Source: Paragordius varius
Lineage: Eukaryota; Animalia; Nematomorpha
Direction of reading: 5' to 3'
Length of the DNA stretch: 64,000 nt
NCBI GenBank assembly: GCA_964247055.1
Contig: OZ176055.1
Location: forward strand, 8,866,001 to 8,930,000
Within the stretch, counting starts at the first letter, position 1. The number at the start of each line of letters is the position of its first letter. Positions 27,886-41,889 of this stretch are shown piece after piece. The position numbers and the translations under genes were made by a program. The notes beneath the pieces were generated by a model. The model did not search any database. It had not been told where the DNA came from and saw nothing but the letters and a program-made list of their open reading frames with translations.

Positions 27886-28398
27886 AATGATAGATGTAAT
27901 TTGTATCTAGAATATTTTTTTCATTTGGTGTGTCTTTTAGTAAAATTTGGTAAGATATTAAAATATTTATAATTTTGCGACATAAAATTATTTGCTGAGG
28001 ACTTTATATTTTTGGATTATGGTAACAGGATAAAATAAATATCACAATTTAAATAACGTAATGGTAAAAACTAAATTTATACGGACAAAACGTAAAAATA
28101 CAAACACAAATATTTTTTTCTAAAAGACAACCATACTTTTTCTAACCATAATTTTTTTTATATTTATATAATTACGATTGTAAAAATATATAATTAATTG
28201 TGTAACCAATTTACATAGCAATTTTATACTTTTATTTTAAATTTAAAACAAAAGTTATCTTCTGAAGTTAAAAAAGTATGGTTGTCTTTTAGAAAAAAAC
28301 ATTTGTTTTTATATTTTTAGGTTTTGTTCGTATAATTTCAATTTTTACTGTATCTTAGACAATTCGTTTAATATAAAAATGTATATTTAATATATAAA

Positions 28399-29773
28399 CA
28401 GAGCCATAGCTTACATTTCTGGCGCACAGTTCATAAATCCATGATGGCCCCCCCTTTTTCCTCCATGCGACACCCCTTGCATTTAATAAAACATAATAAC
28501 ACTAGACAACAAATTTTTCTGCCACTCCAGTTTTTTGCATTTTCTAATAGTTAGTATCATTTTAACAGTAAATCAAATAAAAATTATAACTCGTTGGAAG
28601 ATTTTGTATAATTTGATTTTTTTGATTATGCGCCCTCTTTATCAAAATTTTACTAAAAAATGTTTTTCTTTGAAAATATACAAGTAATGCCCATTTGTAA
28701 TTTATCATTCGAAAGAGTAATAAAAACTCTATAAAATGCATACTAATATGTATTACATCGACACTTAATATTGGACACAAAGAGCGACAAACGCGCGAAG
28801 CGAGAGCATTTTTTTTAATTACTATGTTTTTAAAACTAATGGATGAAAATAGCTCAAACTTTGTTTAGATGGAGATGAATTTTCAAAAAAGATAACACAA
28901 GAAAGTTTTTTTGATTAAAACATTTTTTATTGCTTTTATGTCACTCAAAACAGCCATTTTTAAGTTTTTTGTTTTTTTAAAAATTACCATCTCATCAATA
29001 TTAATTTATTTTCTTTACAAGGCTGATAATTTCGAAATTTTACAGATAAAAACAAAGTTTAAGGTATTTTTAATCTTTTATAGCCATTATGTAATAAATT
29101 TACAGTTATAACTATGCATTTTAGTATCCACTAGGTAAAATATTTATGATAATAATATTTTTATTAAAAAAGCAAACCAAAAGCTTTTTCAAACATTTTT
29201 ATTAAATTAAATACTAATATAAACCTAATAATTATATTAAAATAATTTATATGATTTTCAAATTAGTTTGTCTGTGAAAATTCTTGACTTATTTAAAGAT
29301 TAAAAATTTCGACCATTTAAATCCAAATAACTTTTACATCCGATTAATTTAAATGACTTACTACCATTTAAAAGATTCAGTTTTTTGCGCTCTTTCGAAT
29401 GATATAAAATACGTGGCTTCATATCTAAAACTTTAAATTTTCGAAATTTCGAGTTTAATGTTAAAGCGCGGCCAAAAATAATCGATAAACTCTAATATAA
29501 AGAAATTCTTCCATGCTAGACCAATTTTCTTTTCAGATATACTTATTGTGTACTTTAATGAAATAAATTTTAAATTTACAAGAATGGCAGTTAAAAAAGT
29601 TAAAATTTGTTGTCTAGTGTAATCAAATTCAAACCGTGATCATTGCCAACACTCATAAATGAGTCATTTTTTATGTATTAATTGAAATAATAACTTTAAA
29701 ATACCTATTTTTATCGTATAAAATTAAATTTTAACATCCAACGCTCTTTTAATTATGGCTAGCTACGCCTCTA
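28399..29773. mobile_element. Non-autonomous hAT-like element
   Basis: Imperfect TIR CAGAGCCATAGCT / AGCTACGCCTCTA with 8-bp TSD TATATAAA. Confidence 0.65.
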
Positions 29774-29840
29774 TATATAAATCCTGTAAACATATGAAAT
29801 CTGAGTTGTGAGTTATTTTTGGAATTGATCATAGGTGCTA

Positions 29841-29876
<36 letters not shown>

Positions 29877-30480
29877 TGGCATGGAATCGCATAAAAGTAT
29901 ATATATAAAATTTACGATACAATAAACAAAATAGCTAAATTTTGATTTTTAAGCGTTTTTTATACAAAAGTATTTGTTGTCACATTATTTTACTATTTAA
30001 AATTTTTTATAGCGCAATTGCGATTTATTGAAATTTTAATGATTTCTTTCCATCTTATTTTGAACTATATAAAAATTTTAACATATGAGATTTAAATTTA
30101 CAGTTCAAATTCACCCTACAATTCAATTTCAACCAAAAATAAATAATGTTTTCTATGATAAAAATTTATCTTTATTTTATAATATAAAATTTTGGTTAAA
30201 ATTAGTATAATGCTGAAAAAATAATAAATTATCCCGTAAAAATATAATTCTTATATAAATGATGAGTTATATTATCCCGAAAACACAATTTATTTTTAGG
30301 GTGAATTTGAATTGTTCAAGCGTGATTTTGAATAGTAAATGTTATATTATATTATAATAAATACTTTGTATTGAAAAATTCGGTTTCCAAAAAAATATTT
30401 GACATAGTGCCGATTTGACATTTTTCAACCTTAATTTTCGCATTAAAGTGGCGGGTGCACTTTATCATTGGTTCCTGATT

Positions 30481-30660
30481 TACGGTAGCGTATGGCATAA
30501 AACAATATTTGTCCCTAAAAAAATAAAAAAATGTTTTTTTTTAAAAAGCCTAGGTATGTAAAACCCATACCCATAATAACCCCTTGTTTTTTTTAAAAAA
30601 AAACATTATTTTTATTCTTTTATGGATGAATAATACTGTTTTATGCCATACGCTACTGTA
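30481..30660. mobile_element. Palindromic MITE (TACGGTAGCGTATGGCATAAAAC TIR); related short copy about 19133-19253
   Basis: Inverted ends ...GTTTTATGCCATACGCTACTGTA. Confidence 0.75.
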
Positions 30661-31635
30661 TAATGTTAAAAAATATTCGATAAAAAGTCTAAAAATAGCA
30701 CTCATAATCTATTTATTCATTGTCACATAGAATCACTTTCTTTTAATTACTTATTTAAAGAAATCAAAATGTTTTCCGATCACATTGAAATTAAATGTAT
30801 ATTGCATTTTATATTTTTCTAATTATTACCTTACATAACATGTATAATAAAAACTATATTTAGAAAATTTTTGCCATATTTAGAGCGCCAAAAAAAGCAT
30901 TTATAATGAATTCCTGACCACTCAACCTAGATTAATAAAATTTTACATTTTCTTTTCTAATTTAAAAAAGTTGAATTTTATCAAATTAATTATATATTGC
31001 ATTCTTGGATTATCATTTTTTATACACTCTATCAAACTGAAATGTCTAATAATCTTCTTACTACATATAACAAAAAGAAACATTCATACTATAAAAAAAT
31101 TATATCCCTTATAAAATATTTAATACTTGGATATTTTATATTTTGTCTATTATATAGATGATATCCACTTCAATTAGCGGTAAAGTATTAATAAAAATAA
31201 TGATATTATTATGTTAAAAAAATGTTTTTAAGGAAAAACAATACTTTTTTAATTCAAAATGTTTTTTTGAGTTACCTGTGTTATAAGAAAAGGGGAAATG
31301 ACTATCCTTTTTTTATACCTTAAATCGTATCGTTAAAATTTTTTTTAAGGCCCCTTATGAACAATTATGTAATATTTATGTATAGTAAGGTATAAAATAT
31401 TATAAGTTCCGGAGATCCCACACTATTTATTTCTCAACATATCTTTTTCTTTTTTTCATTTCAATTGAAGTATTTATCATTGTTATTGGAAAACAAATCA
31501 ATTAGTAATATCAATTTTAAGTTTAGTGGGGTTTTTTCAAGACTCTGAGAACTATATATCGTGTATATAAAAGGACAAATATTTCTTTTACTAAAATAAA
31601 ATAATATTTAATATTTTTTTCTTTCAAACTAAAAC

Positions 31636-33877
31636 ATGATGAAAAGTTTCTATTGGTTTTTATCCATCATGTTTGCCATGTTAAATCTTGGGTATGGAAA
31701 TGAACAACGTATCCGCAAAAGTATATACAATAAAATCGCACAATGTCGAGCTTCGTGTATTCAACAGGTAAAATTTTATGTTTTTAAATATTTCTCTCTT
31801 TTCTATTAAAATTGAGAGAATTACGCATTGTAATTATGAAATTTATTAAAAAAATTAATTTTTTTAATAAATTCAATCTTTTCTATTCAGTTTGGGCAAA
31901 ATTATATGTGGGATCATGAATGTACGGCAGATTCCAATTGTTACATGGTAAGTATTCTTCTTTTAAAAGTTTTTAAAATTTTCATAACATATTTTTTTTG
32001 CATCTATCAAAATTATATCTTTTTTATAATGTCTGATAATTTTAGTGTTGGGACAACTGTGAAATGTTATTCATGGAATATCATATATGGGGTACCATGT
32101 GTATCGTGGATTCACTTTGTGTAAGTATTTTTTAAAGTTTTATAAAATTTAAACTTGCCAATCTTTGATAATTTAAACTTTTAATAATCCAAATAATTGA
32201 TTAATTAAGTTCCCTGGATGTCAAAGGGCTTGTGGATTTTATTACAAAAACAGCGTTAAAGATGCTGAACACAAAAATGCAAGTCAACGGATTAAAATTC
32301 TCAAGTTAACTATAAAAGAAAGAGGCGATGATTACTTTCTCAAATGGCATTTACCTAAAGCACAAACTAAAAAAGGCAAAACTCCAACCCTAGTGTACTA
32401 TCTGTATTTGGTTAAGAATAAAAGTCTCATGAAATTAACACAAGTTAGTACGTTTGAATTTACATTTATATATCGTTGGAATTACAGAAAAAATATGCTA
32501 AACATAAATATAAATACCTTTTTTCAAAAAAGCCCCGACTATACTTTTCCGACCTGTTATTTATTTTAATATAAATAACTCATTGTTTTAAAATATAAAG
32601 TATGAAATAGTGATGTAAATTGGCTACACAGTATACTACAATCGTAGAGTAATAGTTTATATGAGAAAACGTAAGGTTTGAAAAAGTACGGGTTTATCAT
32701 TTAGTTTTATTTGGCCTGTATATGATTAATTTTTACTGTAATATTATGCGACCAACAAAAATTTATGATAATATTTTATTTTTTGCCATTTCGTTTTTTA
32801 TAGACGATAGAATCCGCAATACTGATTGAGAAAAAGAGTGTCCATATGCCCTGGAAAATTATTATAGCGGCTTTTGATTCCACCGGCTTATATGCAAGTG
32901 TTTCCAGTTACTTTTTCCCAACACGTCGTCCTAATCCTAAGAAGCTTGGCTCTCATGCTCTAAATTCAAAATCTCACTTTTCTGCCGGTCAAAATGAAAC
33001 ATCATTTCAGTTTGGAGCAGGGTACAATAACACAGAGAAGAATAGTGGTGGTCTTATCATACAAAACATTTTTACCACAACATTGAATCGTAGTAAAAAT
33101 AGGATTATTAACAATGTTTGGATACCCGCATTGCTATGTATGCTTAGTGTCATTTGTATTATGCTCTTGTTAGCCATGTACCTTAAAGGGAAAAAACATA
33201 AAATTTTCCTCCTGTTAAATTCGGCCCTTAAACATCATTCTTTTAGGGTCGGTGATAAAAACAATGATTTACTGGAGTGTTCAGTGGCGGGTACAAATTT
33301 ATTTAGTCAACATACTGTTGGAAGTCCTGAGGGAGGAATTATAACTAAACTTAAACGCAATCTCACAACAAGCGTGAACAACAATAACACTAATTTTACG
33401 TATGTTAAACAACCGTTTCCGGCCACATTCAACAATCCTTATGATAATAATACAAAAAATGATATTCTTAGATCCATAAATCCTAATTACGCCGATAATC
33501 ATAATATGGTTGGAATGAAAAAACGACTATCCCGATGCAAAACTGAAAATTTAAGTTTTGACTTACCAGCCCCTATCAATGCTACCACCAACAATTATTT
33601 TTATCCACAACAACAGCAAGAACAAAATAATTTTAGGTATAATTTCAATAACTTTAATGGTGAAAATCGACAACAAAGCTCTTGTCGTAAACGTATGCCT
33701 GTCACTTGTCGCGTTTGTAAATGTTGCAATAAAAATGATAATAAACCAATCTTTTCCTTTGCCGAAGTCTTGTATGAAATGCCATTGGCTCAAACTAATT
33801 ACAAAGCATTCCCAATCTTTGATAATAAATTGCAACAACGAGCCAGCAGTGATGATAGCGTCTTTCTCTATGAATAA
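31636..33877 (+). CDS. Cys-rich type I membrane protein (fend-like / anosmin Cys-box-like, tentative). Exons 31636-31767, 31891-31947, 32046-32120, 32210-32443, 32804-33877
   Basis: Signal peptide MMKSFYWFLSIMFAMLNLGYG; Cys pattern CRASC...C...C..CWDNC...W..MC...C..GCQRAC.FY; transmembrane IPALLCMLSVICIMLLLAMYL followed by KGKKHK; Asn-rich tail. All introns are phase-0 GT-AG. The family name is from recall only. Confidence 0.75.
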
Positions 33878-35189
33878 ATCAAACTATTTTTATGATATAT
33901 TATTATAATTTATAAGATGCAAATGATAATATATTTATATATTTGGCTATGTAATATATATAAATAAATTTATTTATGACATATTTAATCACGTAACATA
34001 TAATAAATATATATGAATGCTTAAATTGGTGCAAATATCCATTTGTTTTGTTCATCACAATGACTAACGATATTGATTTGTGTTTTATGTTTATTCACTT
34101 TCTGACATATCAATGAGTCCTTACCTAAATTCCTATAATAAAAAACCGGCTTTAAATACTATAAACGTTCCATATTTTATTCCTTTGTGCGTTATAACGA
34201 TCGACGACAAGGCCATCGACGGCTTAATTTCACCCCTCACATGGCCTAATCTCTAAAAAAATTTCAAAAAAACAGAAATTTTGAGCTTTATTGTGTCGAA
34301 TTTGTCACAAACAGATTTTTGCACAAATTCCTATTTGCATTTTGTAATTGTATGAAAGGGAATCCTTAAGAAAATGTAGCATTCTTTCATGAAGCCATTT
34401 TGTCAGTGTGTTTAAATGTTTAACATGTGAATGGATACTTGAAAATTTAGTAATTAGTCTTAATTTAAAATTAATTTGGTTAAGGGATTTGTATTTTATT
34501 GTAGGGAAGAGGAAAAAAATGTCGCAAAGAAAAGAAAAATTAAGGAAGAAAATCGAGATTATTAATTTTATTGTTACAAAATCGCATTATGCATAATTTG
34601 AATTAACAATGTGGAATACAATAAATTTATATCTCACTTTAAACAAAATAAAATTGATTCTTTGCAAAAATCTATCGAGAAAACCAACAAAATATTTTTG
34701 ATAAAAAGCAACAAAATGCCGCGTGAACCTTAACCTCCTGTATTTCACGAAATTGATATGAAAACAATATAATTCTTAAAAGGGAATTGTTAATAAAATG
34801 CTTTTGGTTGGTGTTAAAGATTATTGCCTCGATGAAATGGAAAAAATTATAATTTCTCAGCCTATCATACCATTTATTGTGCCACGTATTGAAAATATAT
34901 TGGCCAAAAGAGTCCAAATGTTTCCTCATATAAATATTTTACTATAGCGCTGGATGAAAGCATTGATATAATAAAATTGTTAAACATTTTGATAGTAAAA
35001 AATCTAAATTTCTGTATTTATACTCAGCAATGGTATAAAAGCCTTATCCAATTACGTTAGTTTATCCCCCTGAATTTTTTTTCAAAAATAGCCCTCCTTT
35101 TCCGGAGTTTATAGGTTTTTTCTAAATTATAGGGATTTAATATTCCATCTTTATTTTTCATCATAATCTCTTGATAGCCGGAAATATTT

Positions 35190-35228
<39 letters not shown>

Positions 35229-35410
35229 AATTTGCACATTTATATCCATACTTTCAAATTTTTTGCTCGTATCAATCCGTAGTGAATTCCTATAGCTATA
35301 CAAAATATGCTTTCAATTTATTTACCTTTAATAATGACCCGAATATCCATACATGGTAGTATTGCCTTTTCATATAGCGATTATTCTTTACATAAGATTA
35401 AATTGTCAAT

Positions 35411-35466
<56 letters not shown>

Positions 35467-35879
35467 ATAAAGTTTATTCATTTTACTACTAGTCGGATGG
35501 GATAAATTTTAAAATACAAGCTGCTCGAACTCGGGAATCATACATTTAGAAATTTGGTAATATTTGGGAATTCAAAAACTACTTTTTATAAAATTAACCT
35601 AAAATTAAATTTATTTATCTAGGGTTAAGTAAATTACCCTATTTGCTTTTTTGGAATTATTTACCCTCCTAGACCAGATATGTTCGGTGTAGATTGGAAT
35701 AATAGTGCTGAAGGATACACCTCTGACGGGCCCACCTATTTGTAGGAAACCAGTCAGAGGCACGCTGTGCTGTTTGAATACATGCCTCAGTGTTGCTGTA
35801 TAAAGATTTTATTATTTGAAAGAGACCAGATGTGCCAATTTTTTCTTGTAAAGAATATTGTTTCCATCTGTTAATTAAT

Positions 35880-36030
35880 TATCCTTTTCAGTGATTTCTG
35901 ACGATACCGTCTTATGCTCGCTGATACACAAAACGATTTAAGAAAAATTTACATCTTGAGATCCAATCCGGCAGGCCTCGAAATTAATTTGGCAAAAACC
36001 AAAGTCATATCAAATTACGCCACTTGCTGT
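35880..36030 (+). pseudogene. Decayed non-LTR (RTE-like) reverse transcriptase fragment
   Basis: Frameshifted SDDTVL...LADTQNDL...GLEINLAKTKVI resembles the FADD...GL.IN..KTKVM segment of RT. Confidence 0.45.
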
Positions 36031-36702
36031 TTAGAAACATGAGACAACTATAATATATATAAATTTGTCCAGAAAGTCCAGAAAAAAAGTGGAATAATTA
36101 ACGCTGTCATTTATTCCTTTATTCATTTTTTGTAACATATTTAATCTAATTCTTCTGGTCTTAAACTGGATGCTTACAATTAAATAAGTCATTTCAAAAT
36201 TATCCAAAAATTCAATCATTTTTTTTGAGGTATTGATTTTTCTCACTTGGGTTTAAACATATAACATATTCTCTTTTTTTTTGTTTTAATATTTCAAAAA
36301 ATACCAAAAAAATAAATTTTTTTAGGCATCGCTGGAATTGCGATAACGAATATGAATGATTGACTCTGTTTAATTAATACTCTTGAATTTTAATCAGATT
36401 TATGTCTACTATATGCAAATTTTTTTTTGAAAAATACAAAAATTGATTAAACAAAATAATTAACCTATTTACCAACTACATTTACTACTACTTTCAATTC
36501 GTTTTATATCAATATCAAATATATTTAAACTTTTATTTTTTATGTTAATTTTATTCTCTAGAAAGGAAATGTCATACAAAAGACAAACACAAAGGAATAC
36601 ACGGTTTTTGTTGTAACCGCACAGTACAATACATGTATTACATACATATTAATAAGAAATCTAAAAAATTTTCCGAATTACATACATTAAAAATGTACTT
36701 TG

Positions 36703-39700
36703 ATGAAAAATAAGCTTAAAAATCAAACCTTTGCAACATTCAAATTCCTCTTGCTGTCCAATCTCCTTCACATAAATGGCAATAAAAAAATTGGAGTGTT
36801 GACGCCACTAACCTCTAATACTAACATTATCAATTCTTATCACAGGAATGATAAAAAATTTGTTTTTGGCGCTGCTAAAATTCCACAAATAATCTCCTCA
36901 AATAGCAGTTCAAATTTATTGAAGCGAATTAAACGAGATTACGGGGATGAACATCATATGATGTATCCATATCACAATATTGCACCCTTATACAATTTCA
37001 AGATTTTACAAGAACATAGCTACAAAAATAAGGATGATAATGATACCGATCCCCATGACAACTCAACGATGGAAAAATTATTTTTCAAAAATAAAACGCA
37101 CACGGTTATCATAAAAAAGAATAAGAAAAAATCAAAAAAATTGTATGGATTGTTTTATTGGTATCCACAACCCAAACCTAAAAGATACCGTTTCTATGCC
37201 AAACCCAAGGGATATAGCAAGTTTCTTTTATTTTATACTACAGTAAAAATTGACAAGTACGAACAAAACGTAAATATACAAAACAGACGAATTTTTATTT
37301 TCTAAATACAACCACACATTTTATACCTTATAAACTATTTAATTAGCATTTGTAAAATACTCATTTGATTGTGTTGCATTGTTAATTCATATCTCTATTT
37401 CCTACTTTAATGTAAGGGCAATGAGTTATATTTTTAAAAAAAGTATTTTTTTTATATAGATACGTTTTGTTCGTATAATTTCAATTTTTACTGTAAAAAG
37501 AGATATTTTTAAAATTTAATAATTATCGATCGATCCTCTGCATATAATGTTGAATATGACAATTATATTAGAGTTAAAATATAGACTTGCAAAATGTTAG
37601 CAAGTTTCCCTATATATTTGATAATCATTGTCTAATTTTTATTGTTTATAACTGGTCCAAGATAATAATTGACCACTAACCACCATTGTACTTTACCTAG
37701 AAAAGTATTTTTTGTCTCTGGTTCCGTATCAAAGATGTTTTTTAGCAAAACCATTCTGGCCCAAGAGGTGTCTAGAAGTTTAAGGCCAAACATTTTGATC
37801 AATGGTTAAGCTATAAATTACAGATATCCTAATTATTTTGAAACAAACGTAATATTAGCCTACAAAGATCATATGAACAGCAAAATTAATATGGTCACTG
37901 ATCTATAAGAAAAATATAATTTTAATTTTAAAATAATACACAATATATAAGGCTAACATTGTATGAAAAATTGCAAAAAACGAAACTATGGTTTCGTTTC
38001 TAAAAAGGGATCTGATTTGAATCTCTGCCTTTTTGCTTGGAAGCCCTGTGCAGGGAGTGCTAAAACTTTCACAAGTCCTGATACAATTTCATCCTAACCC
38101 TTTAATATAAAAAGAAGAAAAAAAATTTAAGGGCTGTGAATTCCAATAACGTTTTCTTAACATCCAAACTTAACAAGTTTAAGTATTAAGGCATAAATTT
38201 GTATTTCGCTTGCTTAACACTAATTATATAAATTTCAATGCGCTCTTGGTTTTGCCATTTCCATTTACCTTGTTTCCAACCAATAATTTCTTAAATTAAC
38301 ACAAAATCCAAATTAAATCAAATTTACAGTAAAAATTAAAATTATACGGACAAAACGTAAAAATATAAAGACAAATATTTTTTTCTAAAAGACAACCATA
38401 CATTTCAAAACCTTAATTTATCTCATATAAGCCATTTAGTTACAATTGTAAAATATAGAATTGATTGTGTTGGTATATATCTCTATTTCACACTTTGTCA
38501 TTTTAAACAATGAGTTATATTGATATAAAATCTAGATTTATAAAGTATAGATGTCTTTTTAAAAAAATACGTTTTGTCCCTTATAATTTCAGTTTTTACT
38601 GTAACTGATAAATTTTTTGGTAATTTCCATTTTATATTGTCCCAAGGTATCATTCATATCACGATGATGATTATCATGATAAAAATGAGTATTACTTTGA
38701 CGTTTACAAAGTCCCCAAAAAGAAAAAGTACTCCTGTGATGATCACGACGACCATGAAGAACATGAAGATGAACATTGCGACAATAGTTATGAACATGAT
38801 TTATCATTGGTTAGGAGGAGAAAGCCTTTTAGGTATTTTAACATTTTTTTAAAAATTTAATTTGAAGCTCTAAAAAGCCTTTTATAGGTATTTCAGCATT
38901 TTTCTTTACATTTTTTAAAAATTTAATTTGAAACTATAAAAACCCTTTTAGGTATATCAACACTTTTTTTTACATTTTTTTAAAAATTTAATTTTAAAGC
39001 TTTAAAAAGCCTTTTAGGTATATCAACACTTTTTTTTACATTTTTAACACTTTTTTTAAATTTAATTTGGAAGCTTTAAAAGTAGTAGGCAATTGTAAAT
39101 AAGTTATGAATCAATTAATATGTTTTGTTTAAAATTATTGCCTTTGATCACTTCGTGACAATAGTTATGAACATGATTTATCACTGGTTAGGAGGGAAAG
39201 CCTTTTAGATATATCAACACTTTTTTTTACATTTTTTTAAAAATTTAATTTGAAGCTCTAAAAGTAGTAGATTTCAACACTTTTTTTTACATTTTTAACA
39301 CTTTTTTGAAATTTAATTTGGAAGCTTTAAAAAGCCTTTTGGTATTTCAACATTTTTCTTTACATTTTTTTTAAAAATTTAATTTGAAGCTCTAAAAAGC
39401 CTTTTAGGTATATCAACATTTTTCTTTACATTTTTTAAAAATTTAATTTGAAGTTCTAAAAAGCTTTTTTGGTGTATCAACACTTTTTTTTACATTTTTT
39501 TTATAAAATTTAATTTTTATAAAAAGCCTTTTAGGTTTTTCAACATTTTGTTTTACATTTTCAACACTTTTTTGAAATTTAATTTGGAAGCTTTAAAAGT
39601 AGTAGGCATTTGAATAAGTTATGGTTCACACAATGTGTTTTGCAAAAAATCGCTTCAGATTACCACAAAGTATAAATATTATGAACATGAAATACTTCAT

Positions 39701-39736
39701 GGTACGAAAACTCCGAATCCGGAGTCCTACCCTTAA
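36703..39736 (+). CDS. Orphan His/Asp/Tyr/Lys-rich, probably secreted protein. Exons 36703-37220, 38647-38809, 39659-39736
   Basis: 518-nt open exon with weak N-terminal hydrophobic stretch and an RIKR site. In-frame GT-AG joins lead to YHSYHDDDYHDK...DDHDDHEEHEDEH and then ITTKYKYYEHEILHG...-stop. Start codon and donors are inferred. Confidence 0.6.
38810..39605 (+). repeat. Tandem repeat (about 55-65 nt units) with an embedded pseudo-exon, intron 2 of the His-rich gene
   Basis: Unit AAAGCCTTTTAGGTATATCAACAC...TTTAATTTGAAGCTCT; exon-2 end copy at about 39151-39190. Confidence 0.85.
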
Positions 39737-40733
39737 TGATGATGTGATAATTTAAGATAAGAATATTGTACGATTTTAGTTGCTATCCAAAAAAATAGTT
39801 ACACATGCAAAGTGTTTGTGATAAAAGGGGTATATAATGTCCAATAGGAGGGAAAATATAAAATCAGAATTGTCAAAGATAATAAATATGGACCTCTTAA
39901 TAAACGATTGTTACGTCCATCAAATATGATAAACTAAATTAACATAAACTAAAAATGATATGAAAATTAAGATCTAAAAACACTAAATGATATAAAAATT
40001 AAAATCTAAAAACACTAAGTGACCCTTTGTCAATAGGAATCTCAAACTAGTATCGTGCTTGTTAGCACTCATCAGTATGATACAACTATTTGACTTGGGG
40101 TATTCACATATCAAATTTCGCCTATATATTCAAATTTACAATTTTGTTTTTAATGCAGACGGTAATACCAAATTAAATTTAATTTCATATCATATTCAAT
40201 TTAAATGTTTAATATTATTTCACGGATTTAAAAACTGTTGATAAATATAAAAATATTATCCATCCGTCATTAACCATTAGATACCTCTTTAATTTTTCTT
40301 AATTTTGCCCCCTCACTTTATCATGACAATTTAAATCCTGAATGCAATCAAAATAAATTAGTATAAGAACAATACGTAAAAGGCTATTGCTGTAAAATAT
40401 ATTATAAAAATAATCATATTTATTTAAATTTACGTTTTGGGGTTAACGAAATAAGAAATAGAAATATAAATTGTAGTACCACACTAAATTATATAATTCA
40501 TATTGTAATATCATATTAATTTTTACGTTTGTTCATCATAACCAGTAGGAATTTAACATTTATAATTACTAATATAAAATCGGTTGCTGAATTAACATAA
40601 TTCCAATTAAGTTAATGTAACACTGTTAAAAGTAAAAATCAATGATCAAAATCTATTTTGCAATTAATTAATTAGTGTACTTTATATATTTTGTCCTTAA
40701 TTTTTCTCATATATAAAATATATATGTTGATAG

Positions 40734-40994
40734 AAAACGTAGATTTCGATACAGAAAACGTCGAAAATTCATGCGCTCAGCCAATAATAGAATGCAAAGG
40801 TTAAATTTTATCATAATAATTTAACCACACTATTAAATTTTAAATCAGCTTAATAAATCAATTATTGCCCATTTTTTAGATTAAGAAAATCAAAATATTC
40901 ATGGAGTTTTCCGAAACGACGGTTTCAATGGGATTATGATAATGAGAATTTGAGGTGGAGAAAATACAGAAATTTAAATCATTATTACAATTAA
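40734..40994 (+). CDS. Possible last two exons (40734-40799, 40880-40994) of an Arg/Lys-rich protein; 5' exons not resolved
   Basis: Phase-2 GT-AG join gives KRRFRYRKRRKFMRSANNRMQR-LRKSKYSWSFPKRRFQWDYDNENLRWRKYRNLNHYYN-stop, in locally raised GC. No homology recognised. Confidence 0.3.
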
Positions 40995-41038
40995 TGCAAA
41001 TTGTGAATGAATAAATTTGATATCTGCTAAACTCAAAC

Positions 41039-41076
<38 letters not shown>

Positions 41077-41889
41077 TTCACTATTACAGTAAAAACTGAA
41101 ATTATACGGACAAAACGTAAAAATATAAAGACAAATATTTTTTTCTAAAAGACCACCATACTTTTTAAATTTAGATTTATATCAATGTAACTCATAGTTT
41201 TAAATGACAGAGTATGAAATAGAGATATATAATACTAACACAATCAATTCTATATTTTACAATTATAAAACTAAATCTTATATAAGGGTTTTTTAAAAAG
41301 TATGGTTGTCTTTTAGAAAAAAATATATCTTTTTATTTTAATATGTCCGTATAATTTCAATTTTTACTCTTAAATACAGATTAATTTAGGGCGATCTGCG
41401 TTTAGATAGGCTATTATACATATATGAATATACGACTAGCTTTTAAAATGATTGATTAAGAATAAGTACCTAATATATTTATTATTGTAGTTTTGGCATT
41501 CTCCACTCATTGTATAATGGGAAAAAATTATACAACCCTAACTTTTAATCCACTTAAAACCTTTTTTGAAAATTGAAATTTTACGGACAAAACGTATAAA
41601 AGATATAGAGACAAATATTTTTTTCTAAAAGACAACCATATTTTTAATTCAAAATGTATATCATTATTTAAAATTGCAAAATTAAGAAATAATTATCACA
41701 ATTAAACACATTTTTTACAATTATACTCAAATAATTTATTTAAGTGGGAAAATAAATGTTTAAAAAGTATGGTTATCTTTTGGAAAAAAATATTTGTCTT
41801 ATACTTTTACTTTTTGTCCGTATAATAATTTTAATTTTTGTAAAAATAATTAGTCCCAAATTTATTTAAATTAATATCAAATTAACATT

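Noticed and set aside
33299-33908. Three extra ORFs overlapping the membrane-protein last exon
   Set aside because: Antisense or alternative-frame shadows of a long coding exon, with no motifs.
34672-34929. 85-aa minus ORF faintly like a Mutator transposase segment
   Set aside because: Similarity too weak and no TIRs or TSD found.
37560-38300. Possible RTE-like C-terminal relic on the minus strand
   Set aside because: Only scattered 3-5 residue resemblances across frames.
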